64,000 nt of DNA from Azolla caroliniana (Eukaryota > Plantae > Polypodiophyta). The notes under the pieces are model-generated. The model searched no databases and had not been told where the DNA came from. It saw only the letters and a program-made list of their open reading frames with translations. Both the position numbers and the translations under genes were made by a program. This document shows positions 52,601 to 64,000 of this stretch, one piece after another (positions within the stretch are counted from its first letter, which is position 1; each line of letters begins with the position of its first letter). The DNA lies in contig JBHGNT010000001.1 in NCBI GenBank assembly GCA_043228905.1, forward strand, positions 16,864,001 to 16,928,000, written 5' to 3'.

Positions 52601-55013
52601 GTTGGCGCATTAGTGAGGCCGAACGACATGACCGTATACTCGAAGTGCCCATATCTGGTGCGGAACGCGGTCTTCCATTCATCTCTTGGTCGGATCCGTA
52701 CGAGGTTATAGGCTCCCCGTAAGTCGATCTTCGTGAAGAACTTGGCACCATTGATCTATTCTAAAAGACTTGAGATAAGGGGGAGTGCATACCTATTTCG
52801 GATTGTAACCTTATTCAAGCCACGGTAATCTACAACGAGCCGAAGTGAGCCATCCTTTTTCTTGACGAAGAAAATGGGTGCGCCGGCTGGAGATTTCGAA
52901 TGTCGTATGAAACCATTCTCCAAATTCTCCTCTATATAGGCTCGAAGGACTTCCAGTTCGGTTGGTGACAAATTGTAGATCGGTCCCCAAGGTGGCTCTT
53001 TCCCCGGTTGTAAATCGATGGGGCAATCATATGGTCGATGGTGAGGAACCGTACTGGCTTGTACTTTATCGAACACATCGGCATACTGATGATACTTCTC
53101 TGGAAGTTGAACGATGGAATCCTCTTTAGTGGTGCTAGAGGGGTTTACTGATATTGCGAAGAGGAACATTTCTTCCTTGCATCCTTCCTCACGCAACTGA
53201 TGTAGTGAAATCGTTGCAATCTCATGAGTAGATCCTCGGGCTTTTTGATGCCGGATTTCTCTTGTCCACCAATCTATGTCTGGGTTATGTAATTCGAACC
53301 ATGGTAATCCTAAGACAATGGGGTGTTCTGGGATGCTAATTATATTAAATGATATGACACATGCTAGATTATCTAGGACAACATTAACGGGCTCTGACTC
53401 TTCTATGATATTTCCTGAGCCAATGGGACGACCATCGACGACTACTACAAGGGCAGGACATGGGAGTTTTCTGAGAGATATCTGATGAGCTTGGGCAAAT
53501 TTCCTATCCATGAAGCAAGAATTAGCTCCGGAATCTAGAAGTGCTAAGACATGTATTGGAGGAGTACTTTTAGTACTAACTGTTACTTGGGCTACGAACA
53601 CATTGCTAACTTGCTTAGAGGGATTGGAACCACTAATGGGCTGCACAGATCTAGGGCTGTCCAACCAAACGGCTCCTATTTTGGCTGGACTTAGTCATTT
53701 AACTCTTCTTCTAACTGACTAAAGACATCAAATTTGTTCGCTAGATTTGGGCTATTAGTACTATTAGGACTATCAGATATCCCTACTGAAATAGACTCGG
53801 GTTTAGTACAATCAGAACTAGCAACTATTTGGTTTACCTGCCTTCTTGGCCTATGGGGACAGTTTACCGCGATATGCCCTGGTCCACCGCAATAAAGACA
53901 CAGTCGGTTTGCTCGACGTCGTTGTTTTTCTTCTTCCGATAGCGGTCCACGACGACGTGTGGTGTCAATTTCCATCGGAGTTGGAGTACTTGCTGGGGGC
54001 GCATTATATGACTCCCTTGGAAAAGGTTTCGCTACCACCCCACCGAGGCATAGGTAGGCTCTGATCTTGCCCTCGGAATCTGGAATTGTTGTTCCGAACG
54101 TCGTTCGAAGAGGCGGTTGTCGCATCTCACCGCGTGACTAATTGCTTCTGTTAATGACTTTGGCTCTTCGGGGAAGGTCAAGAGTAAATCCTTGACATCG
54201 TTGCGTAAGCCATAACAGAATTGCTCCATCAATGCGTGATCATCCCAAGGGATATCTGCAGCGTATGCGGAACCTGGACGATCACCTTGGCGTAATCGCC
54301 GGATTTTGTTGATTGCAGTCCTTATGCTGTCAGTATCTCCAAAACAGGCCTTAAACTCACTTATAAATTCTTCAAAATTGTTTAATAATGGAGAATCCTT
54401 TTCCAACAATGGAGCAAACCATGCTAACACTGAGCCACTAAGGAGAGTGCCTACTAGTCCCACTCGTGATGCATCGGTGGGATATCGAGAAGGATGCATT
54501 TGTATCACTAAACGTACCTGATTCAAAAACCCTCTAAACTGTGATCGGGTCCCATCAAATTTTGCAGGAAGACTGATCTTGGGTTCTTTGTGAATCCCTT
54601 GAGTGCTTGATCCTTGTTGTTGTAATGATATGATAGTCGCTTCGAGTTGTTGTACACGTAGTGTCAGCTCCCCGTGTTGTTTTTGTTTTTCCAGCGCTAT
54701 TTGTTGAAGATCCCCCAACAAGCGATGATTTTCTTGTTCTAGTGCTACAAATTTCTCTTTTAAGCACTGGAGCTCCGAGAAAACAGATTGGTATTCCTGA
54801 GCGTTAACAGTTTCCATTTTACTAGGGAGGATAAAAGGATTAATAAGAAGATAAAAGGAAAAGGAGGAAAGGAAGATCAACCAAAATCGGTTCAAACTGT
54901 CAGGAACAGTACTAAGACAGAGAAGGAATTAGTACTAAAAGAAGTATTAGTACTAAGAGAGGTGAAGAGCTCTCGAGAGAAGGAAAGAGTGAGTGAGAGG
55001 GAGGGAGAGAGAG

Positions 55014-55051
<38 letters not shown>

Positions 55052-55325
55052 AGAAAAGATATATATTATGTGAAGAGAATGTACAGTAGTAGCTAGGAGG
55101 CTTAAGACTGGCGTTGAACCAATTTGGTTTGAAATAATGCCTTGTGCCTCATTTTATAGTGTTCTAAGGAATACTCCTGAAGTTTCTAGAATGTTCCAGA
55201 GAAATCTGGAATATACATCAATTTTCTATAATAAAACATGAATGAAAATAATATTCTACGTATTACAATGTATAGTCTAATGGTCAAGAGCTCGACCCAT
55301 GTAGCATAAGGTCATGGGTTCGAGT
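49681..55325 (-). mobile_element. Tcn1/Tf1-sushi-like chromovirus Gypsy element
   Basis: LTRs at 49681-50113 and 54898-55325 (outer ~17 bp lost). PEG10/sushi-like gag (LPAKFDGTRSQFRGF), CCHC knuckle, PR LLDSGA, RT YLDD, RH, INT with GPF motif, and chromodomain EYEVAAILDS...WLGY...WEP. PPT AAAGGGGGATAG. Confidence 0.95.
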
Positions 55326-55346
55326 ATGAAAATAGATATCGGATAA

Positions 55347-55783
55347 TGTTGAGCGAGCAAGCTCAACCGGATCCAGATTGGCTGAATAAGCCAGAACCGG
55401 ATCGACATCTGGGAGGATGAGCCGGAGCGGTATCCGGAAACAACCGGCCAGATTGGGGAGCCGGATTCGAGTGCGAACCGGAAGCCTAGTTGTAGCCTAG
55501 ACTACTAGGTAATCATTGTCTTGTAGTTAGTGTCAATCGCTCGTATGAGCATTGAAGTACATAGTACTTCTGTTAGTCCTTTTGAGGACTTGTATAAATA
55601 GTGTTGTTTAGCACGTTGTATGTACAGAGTTTACAGAGTGATATTTTGAATTGAGTTTAAGTTCTGCTCTCTCCCACGTATACTCTATGTGTATTAAGCT
55701 TCTCCAATTAACCTTCATCTTATTCTCTGTTCCTATCCGGTTGAGCCGGTTCTGTCTAACGCTTCCACACGTTAACTTTCACA
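55347..55783 (+). repeat. Copia solo LTR
   Basis: TGTTGAG...TTTCACA termini with TSD GATAA (55342-55346 and 55784-55788). Confidence 0.9.
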
Positions 55784-56077
55784 GATAAGTATAGTGATAG
55801 AAATATATCTTTTAAAATAAATAATCTAGCTTACTAGTGTATACCTTGTGCTTTGTGTACAAGGTTGAGGGTTCAAGTCTCTCAATTTTACTCAATACAA
55901 TATTTAGCTTCATTCTTATATCATGAAGCATATTCTTTATAATACTCTGAACATAGCCTAGCCTAATGGTATGTATATTGTACTTGGTATATAAGGGTGT
56001 GGGTTCAAGACTCTCAAATACTACTAGATACGATATTTAAGTTCATTTTTATATCATGAAGCACATTCTTCACGACA

Positions 56078-56378
56078 ACGTTTCTTAGCTATCCGGAAGG
56101 GATCCCAACAACAATAGTGCTAATACCTCATCGGCTAGAGGTACTTCTAGAGAAGTGGTTTGATTCATCAGTCCTTGGAAGGCATTAATGTGCTCTGCCA
56201 TGCTGGAGCCGTCTTGATACCGGAGTGTCACGATTTTCTGAAAATTGACACTCTATTCACGATGTTCTTGTTTTCGAACATCACACCAATCTTCATCCAG
56301 AGGACGTCAACACTTGCCTGTTCATCAAAGTTGTTATATAGACTCATGTCCATAAAACACCTTATATATGTTGTCGCC
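56078..56378 (-). pseudogene. Copia (Tork-like) gag fragment
   Basis: Reverse strand reads VLWMKIGVMFENKNIVNRVSIFRK/IVTLRYQDGSSMAEHINAF...LLLGSLPDS, homologous to 9717-9995. Confidence 0.7.
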
Positions 56379-57581
56379 TATTGAGCGGGCAAGCTCAACT
56401 GGATCCCGATCGGTTGAATAAGCCGGAATAGAGAATTGGATAGGTATCCGGGTCGGAGAACCTGATTATACTCCAGAATAGTGAGACCCGGTAGGCCGTT
56501 GGAGGCCTATGGTTCGAGCCTAGTACGTAGGCATATTCCTTGGAGTTAGTGTCAGTCTCTTGTGTGAGCATTGAGGACTTCTATCATTCCTTTAAGGACT
56601 TGTATAAAAAGTGTTTTGTAAGAAATTTATATGTACAGAGTATTATATTTTGAATTGAGTTTTCTGTTCTGTTGTCTCTCTGTCCTCTCTTGTGTATTCA
56701 AGCTTTCCATTAAACCTCCATTCTGTGTTCTACTGTTATAGCAAACTAGCCGGTTTTGTCTTAGCTTCCGAACAATATCTTTTACACCTCCTTCAAATGC
56801 ATGACTTCCCAAGTCGATGCATCAATCTTGTCTGGCAGTTTAGGAACCACGTCGGTGCGTTGACAAGAATGTGCACCAACAACAAGATGTTGTACACGGA
56901 GGCAGAGAGGCCCCGTGGTCGTGGTGGTCGAGGCAGATCGGCCCGCACTGCAGGCGGCCGACAAGAGCAAAGTTGGAGGCACAAAGATGGTGTTGACAAC
57001 AATTTTGGACTCTCCGGAAATAGGGGGAGTCAAAGCATTGCCGGAAATTAGCAAGGAAAGGCCCACAAGGAATGTTGGTAACATGGCTGGAAAGGCTACA
57101 AAAAAAGCAAGTACGAGAAGAAGAAGGCTGATTCAGACAAAGCTTAATCGAGCCAGAAAGACGTGGATAGGCGTCCTCGATCACACTTCGCCAGGAGCTT
57201 AGAGGGAGTCGGGTCAAGACCGGTCCTCGTAATGAAGCATAAGTCCAACCGGATGGGAGTATCCAACTCTAAGTTGGAAGAAGTTTGGTATGTGGACTCT
57301 TGAGCTTCAAACCACATGAAGAACCACAAAGAAGTGGATCTCTTTTCTCGAGCAGCCGGAGAAGCAGGGGGTAGTCGAAACTAGAGACAACACCCCACAT
57401 CCCATTGTAGATCAAGGAATGCAAGTCTGATTTACTCAACACGATTGCTTCATCGAGGAGGAAGAGCAAGGGCATCATGATGGAAGAATGTTCATCCTCG
57501 AAACCAATGATATAGGCACCAGTTGGGCCACATCAACTCCCGGAAGCTTCAAGAGATGCAGTTTGAACACATGGTTTTCGG
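56379..57581 (+). mobile_element. Deleted Copia copy (LTR 56379-56786 plus gag/protease remnants)
   Basis: LTR of the short-LTR Copia family, followed by NKMLYTEAERPRGRGGRG and VWYVDS motifs matching 26545-32183. Confidence 0.8.
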
Positions 57582-57943
57582 TGTCGTGAAGGACGAAAGC
57601 TTCACATTAAAAGTCTACAAAAAGATAAATACGTAACTAAAATAAAATATATCTTGATAATGTTTTATAAAGGTAATATTAAAAACACACTATGATAATA
57701 TTATACATTATATGTAGAGGCAAATAAAACATATATATTATATTACATGGACAAGAGAGGACTTGAACCAATAAACCCCACCTTATGACTTTGAAACCTT
57801 ACCATTCACCCTATAATTGTAGTATCTATAAAACTATATGTCATGTTTTATTTGAAGTAATATTGTATGCACCATATATTGTATTACATGGGTGAGAGAA
57901 GAATTGAACCAACAACCTCCACATTATGAACCTCAAAACCTAT
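57582..57943 (+). repeat. Gypsy LTR fragment (TGTCGTG start) truncated by Athila-like insertion
   Basis: TGTCGTGAAG terminus shared with the 56077 LTR end; AT-rich U3 with two tRNA-like units. Confidence 0.55.
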
Positions 57944-60900
57944 TGTTACTAGCTGGCAAGAAGGCTTAAGGAGGTCCAAACCAGAGTGTGAAAAGGAATA
58001 GTTTATTCGGGAATTGTTGTAATTAGTAGTCTTAAAATATATAGTAATATATGAGTAGATGTGGACGGACGGACCAGAATCGGTATGCCGATCCGGATCC
58101 GGACCAATTTCGAAAAGGTGTCGGTTGGCACCGTTTTGTATTTCGCATTGGGGACCTATATAAAGGCCAGGTTACAATGTAATCGAGAGCGGATAATTAA
58201 TAGAACTTATTGCTTTAATCTTTCAGTGTTGATTACCGTCCTGTGCTTATTGTTGTATCTTGCACGTGTTAATGATGTGTTGCTAAGTAATCGATTAAGG
58301 TCTAATTAAGCATTGTGTCGTAAGTCATTTTGCCGTACCACCCTTTGGTGAAGTGTCTTAAGTGGACACCCTGTGTTAGGTTGTTGTCCGGTCCTAGGAG
58401 TAACATAGTTTTTGGCGACCACAATTCCTGCACAATCGCAGTGAACAACGGCAGGAATGGATGACTAGGCCAACAGACGACCCGGTTACGGAGAGAGCAC
58501 GAAGACTTGCTGAACGGATAAGGCAGTGAGAGGCTTTCCAGCAAGCAGTGGAAGAAATCCGATCGGATTGATCATTTTCCAAAGTGATCTGGAAAGTGGC
58601 GGAGGAGTCGATCCGTCTACAACAAAACGCCTACCTGGACGAAGGAAGCAGCTTAAGCAGCCTCAGGGAAGCGGAAACCCTTCTCTAGGCCTTGGCCGGA
58701 AGAGACGGCAAATCCGAAGCATTTTCAGTGCTGGAATCAGATTCGGAAGGGGGTTACAGCGCGCACACGAACTATCGAAGCAGTAACAACACCCCAGGAG
58801 GACCGGAGGACGAGGAGTCGGATACATTACCGACACCGGAACCAGAGTTGGCAGACCGGGAACCTCCAGCACTAGACGTGGAAAGAAAGAAAGATATATT
58901 AACATCTTCTAAGGCCAAACTTGGCCCATGAGACAATTGGTTTACAACAAAAGAGTATTTATCCAGTCATCATAACTAAAATAAAATTAAGTAAAAAATA
59001 GAAGTTAAACTAAAAGAGTTCTAGTTGTGTACAATATGTAGTATACTCGAAAGTGACTATACACTAAGCCTAATTTTATTTCCACCCAAGCCTCTCGAAA
59101 AGAAGTGGGGGGTCAAAGGGTCTTGATGTGGGTTCCAATGTAGAGAGTGCCCTAGCCATGGCTTCTAGGCGGTGTAGCTCACGTTCCCTTATTTTCAATA
59201 TTGCTTCCACATCACGTCGAGTTGCTTTGAAATCCGGCACCCGAGGACGTCTGGTTCTTCTCTGGTTTTCTGCCTCATCAATGGAAAGGCCGAGTGGTGC
59301 AAGTGTGTCGGCATTCGTTGTCTCCTCAGGTTCCTGAAAAACTTCATTTGTTACATGTTCGTGATCATTAGCAACATTATTGTCAACATTTTGTAACTTA
59401 TTCTCTCTGTGTTGTTTTAGCTCTAGAACGTATTTGCCTAATTTCTTTATATCTAGAGTATCTAATAGTTTGGGGAGGGTGGGAGACGGACCAAGTATGT
59501 CTTGGTATTTTGCCCTTATCTCGGCATAGGTTGGACACTTGCATGTAAAGTGGTACTCATCCTCTATCTCTATGTGACATAACCTACATAACCTTTCCTC
59601 CCTAGGGACTCCACTAGTACGGCCATTCTCAATCTCAAGTTGGTGAGATGATATTCTAAGTTGTCCAATGGCAACCCTTAGTGCATGTGGTAAGAATACA
59701 TCTAGATATTTTGGCTGCGTGATAAAACCTAACTCAGAGAAGTGCATGAAGTGTTTCTTATAGTACAACATTTTAGATGGGAGTGGCTCTAGTGGGGTGA
59801 TCCATTTACACAGAGTGTAAATTTGCCATATTTCTTGGCGTATTACTTTATTGCGGTCCTCATGAGAGATTAAGGTGTTATCACTCGTGTGGTTGTACCT
59901 AAGGGGAGGTAGGTTATTAATGTCTAGACCATTCGCAAGAAGCCAACTCACCATCATGCCATACCATGAGCTAGTATAGCCGGACTCATACAATGATCGA
60001 GAGGCCTTAAAGGCTTGATGAGATATTCTATCATGTGGTTGGCTATGTATCCTATCAATGAAGACTACAAGTTGAAAAAGTGCCTCTACTAACATTGGGG
60101 GTAACGTGAATTCGGCCCTAATAATGTCATGTGGTACAGTCGATTTGCTTCGGAGTTGGCGTGATAGCATCATCACCAATGGTCTCTCTAATTGCGTCCA
60201 CATGAAAGATGGTAATCCTGGAGCCCAAACCGCTGGTGCATACATGAGGGAGGGGGTCACTAATGAGTCAAAGAGCCACCCTTTAGTCTGTGGCTCTTGA
60301 AAGTGTGCTTGGTGGCATTGTCTCTCTAGGAGTGAGAGGGATGCACGGAGACGGAAAAAGACTGGCAAAAACCTCCAACAACGGAAGTCGAGCCGGCAAC
60401 ACCAAAGGGAGACCGGCAAAGACCTCTGACGCCGACGGAACAGCAGGAAAGTCCACCGACACCGCCAGCCCGCGTACCGACACCGGACGACGACATGTCG
60501 TTCCAGTACTCCAAGTATAGGGATGATCCGGACGCGGAGGCTCATGTTCACGTGTTTCAACAAACATGGCAGGCAAACCATGTGTCACAACGGTTAACCG
60601 CGGCCGAAGAGGAACGATCTAAGATAGCCGAATTCGGCGTGACATTGGAAGGACCGACTGTCAGATGGCATCGGACGCAGGATCGTAGCACCATCACCAC
60701 CTTTGCGGACCTGAAAGATAAATTCTTGCACTTCTTTCAGAAGGAGGTGGACCAGAGAGAAATAGTGGGCCTATTTTATACCATCCGGCAGGACCCCGGG
60801 GAGAGCATTCCGCAGTTTGTCATCCGGTTTCAACGGATGCACAGTCAGCTTCGGGAACCTCTACGAACGGTATGCACGGTCATCGACTTTCGCACAAGCA

Positions 60901-63900
60901 CCGTCGACCAGGTCATCGACCGGGTTAGAGAAATGGAGAAAACGAGCTCTTGGCTAACAATGGGGGCCCTCCAACGAGCGTTACCAACAGATGAGGATCT
61001 TTGGTTCCGGCAAGCAATCCAATGCACGACCTGCTTGAATTGCGGACACTCGTCACTGGAGTACACCATGCGGACACACTGCTTACTCTGCCAATCTACG
61101 AGCCACACGATGGACCGGTGCGAATATAACTTATTGAATCGGCAAGCACCGCCAGTCCGGCAAATCGAGCCACGTAGCAGCCGAGACGAATGATGGCGAC
61201 GAGAGGAGCGATATTGACAGGCCCAGGATGTCCGGTATGACGATCGGTGAGACAAATATGACTGGTACAAGAGATATGACAAGTACCGAGATTACAACAG
61301 ACGGTACGAGCATCACAACCGGGATCAGTCCCCCGGGTATTACCAACGACAAGAAGATTACGGGAGGTATGACGACCAACCCCGGCAAGGGTACCGCAAC
61401 AAAAAGAACTTTAATAAAAAACGACATTTCAAAAACGGGAGCCACCCACGTGAACCGGAAAAAGCGCCTCAAGCAGCCAACTGGACCAGAGCCCCGCGGT
61501 TACCACAAGACCTCCACCGGGTATAGGAAACAATGCCGAATCCAGCATTACTCGGAAAGCATATTGCTATTATTGCCGACAAGAAGGACATTATAGTAAT
61601 CAATGTCTGGCAAAGAGCTATGACAAGCGACCGGCAGTAAACATGGTAGTCGCCGAAGTCGCAGACCTACAATAGGTCACCACAAGGTCGAAGGGCAAGA
61701 CGACGGAATGGGAGACACAAGAGGCCATCTGGAAACAGGCAACGGAATGGGTGAAAAAGGCAAATGAGTGAAACATAGTAGAACTTGCACAACAAAAGGA
61801 GAACACCGAAGAGCTCGCCGGCGGCAGTCAGTCCGAAAACGCGACATGGTAGGCACTACAGGAATGCCAGATCACGCTGCCGTTAGGACGACTCTTGCAG
61901 CTAGTACCAAGATTCACAGAAGAACTCAAGCCCGGCATGACGACAGGTGGTACACCACCGACTTTGGCATTCTTCTCAAATCCGGAGGAGGGACCGGCGG
62001 TGGTGGACACCAACAGTCCGGCAATTACTGCCATTGTGAAAGGGAAAGAACTCCCCGGCACGATAATAGACGGAGGCTCTGGCGTTAATTTAATAAGCCT
62101 CTGGACGTGCGATGCTCTTGGAATCCAAGAGTGGGAGCCATGTCCATTCTGGCTCCGAATGGCGGACACAAGCTCGGTGCGACCGACAGGATTAATACGA
62201 GACTTAGAAGTAACCATCGGGGGCCATACATTCCGAATCTCAGCCGTAGTTCTCTAGTTGCAGGCTCAAGGAGCGTACCCATTATTATTGGGACGCCCTT
62301 GGTTAAAGACAACACACATCAAGCAGAACTTAAGGAGGAATATGATTACGTTCCGGCGGGGAAAAGCGAAGGTACGGGTACCAACACAACCAAGGAAGGG
62401 CACCGGCAAGGATCTGACACCGTTATATGCGGAGTGTGTCAATATGCTGGAAGGTTAGCACACGAAGAAGAAGATCAGTACTTGCAGGAGAACCCGAAGA
62501 TTGTACCTCTATTCGAAATTGACGTCGCCGAAGCGGTATCACCCTACTTACTGCAACCGGACGGAACCGAAGTAGGACCGGATAGAGAAGCAATCCGGGA
62601 GTTACGGCAAGCGCAGGAGGCGTTGGAAAGAGAAATGGCCGTATCACAACGCGTAAAAGCGTCTCAATTAGAAGAGGTAAATCTAGGAATGGTGGAGGAG
62701 GCAAAACCGGTGCACATTGCCAAAGAAATGAATGCAGAGAACAAAACGGTGATAATTACACTCCTCAACGAGTTTCGCGACGTATTTGCCTGGTCTTATA
62801 AGGATATGAGAGGGTTGGATCCTCAGTTGTATCAGCACCAGATACATTTGAGCAAAGACGCCAAGCCGGTAGCACAACGTCGGTACCGGATGAACCCAAA
62901 GTACGCCGCCAAAGTCAAGGAGGAAATCGACAAATTGCTGAGGGTTGGCTTCATCCATCCCGTAAAGAAATCTACATGGCTGAGCCCGATCGTAGTCGTA
63001 CCGAAGAAGAACGGCAAAATTAGAGTCTGTGTCGACTACCGGAAGCTCAATGCGGCAACGGTAACGGATGTATTTCCACTTCCGTTTACGGATGGAGTTT
63101 TGGATGCCGTCGCCGGCCATGAAGTCTACAGTTTCTTAGACGGATTCAGCGGGTATAATCAGATCCGGATGCACCCTGATGATCAAGAGAAAACGACTTT
63201 CGTCACCGAATGGGGAGTGTTTGTTGCCGTGGTGATGATGTTCGGACTGAAAACGGCACCGGCAACATTCCAACGAATCATCATGGAGATCTTTGGCGAA
63301 TACATACCAGCTACACCGAAAACGGCAAAGGCATTGAGTCATTTCTTAGGACAAATCCGTTGGCATAGCCGAATGCTCCGGTATTTGGCGGACCTAGCTA
63401 CACCACTGCATGTTGTGGTACACCGAACATCGTTCCAGTGGACCGACACCAAACATAAGGCGTACCAGGCACTCAAAGTTCTATTGTCGCAAGCGCCGGT
63501 AGTGCAACCCCCGGATTGGGCGAAGGAATTTCATGTGTTCGTGGATGCGTCCGACATTGCAATCGGGAGTGCGCTGATGCAACTTACGGAGCCAAGATGG
63601 TACCGGCCTGTATATTACGCAAGCCGGAAGTTATCCCAAGCCGAACGAAATTACTCCACCACGGAAAGGGAATCTTTAGGCATGATCTACAACTTAACAA
63701 AATTCAGGCATTATTTGTTGGGAAGAAAGTTTTGCTTCCATGTAGATCACTCGGCACTTCTCTACCTAGTGTCCAAAGCGTCACTTACCGGTAAGTTGGC
63801 TTGGCGGACATTGCTGTTGCAGGAGTTCGAATTCGAGATATTCCACCGACCCGGCATACAGCATGTGGTAGCAGATTATTTAAGCTGGTTAGATTCCGGC

Positions 63901-64000
63901 GAAACCAGCGACGGAGTACCGGACGAGTTTCCGGATGTTGAGTTATTTCGAGTCACTACGGAAACGGCAACAGATGAAACGGTGGCACTAGAATATAAGT
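57944..64000 (+). mobile_element. Athila-like Gypsy element, 5' LTR and decayed gag-pol (continues beyond window)
   Basis: LTR 57944-58405 and PBS-like TGGCGACCAC at 58413. Gag (DPDAEAHV), PR IIDGGSG, RT FLDGFSGYNQI (with a deletion removing the catalytic DD), RH FVDASD...NYSTTERE. Confidence 0.9.
58885..60335 (-). mobile_element. 5'-truncated RTE-like LINE inserted in gag
   Basis: Open ~420-aa C-terminal ORF (LFDSLVTPSLMY, SSHQLEIENGR, CRLC...EDEYHF..CPTY) ending at 59076, followed by a 3' UTR and (CTTT)n tail. Confidence 0.85.

Larger units (their letters stand above)
47528..56077 (-). mobile_element. tRNA-Trp-primed Gypsy element (gag plus interrupted 5' LTR)
   Basis: Gag 49146-47560 is homologous to 5480-5920 and has a CxxCx4Hx4C knuckle. 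PBS TGGTGAACTTGACGTGAAG (49163-49181). The LTR starts at 49186 and apparently resumes at 55326-56077 (ending CTTCACGACA) after nested insertions. Confidence 0.7.

Noticed and set aside
59076-60581. 501-aa ORF as a host gene
   Set aside because: It is a chimera of antisense Gypsy gag sequence fused by chance to a 5'-truncated LINE ORF.

Overview
Eukaryotic, TE-saturated plant DNA. The mix of TE families (Tcn1-like chromovirus, tRNA-Trp-primed Gypsy, short-LTR Copia) suggests a moss or other seed-free land plant; this is inference. Most of the window is nested, largely decayed elements: Gypsy and Copia LTR retrotransposons, solo LTRs, RTE- and L1-type LINEs, a hAT MITE, and a TIR DNA element containing a 1.4-kb palindrome. 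The only convincing host gene is an intronless, prokaryote-type aldo/keto reductase with an N-terminal organellar targeting extension (18627-19913, minus). The most unusual signals are: (1) antisense tRNA-like A-box/B-box cassettes in the U3 of LTRs from two unrelated Gypsy lineages; (2) a central CG in every readable 4-bp target flank of those Gypsy elements; (3) a mini Gypsy element with a tRNA-Ala PBS whose second LTR is inverted, giving it TIR-like ends; (4) Tf1-type self-priming complementarity in the chromovirus; (5) a conserved non-purine motif in place of the PPT, plus a conserved extra ORF, in two Athila-like families. All coordinates and identities were read by eye.
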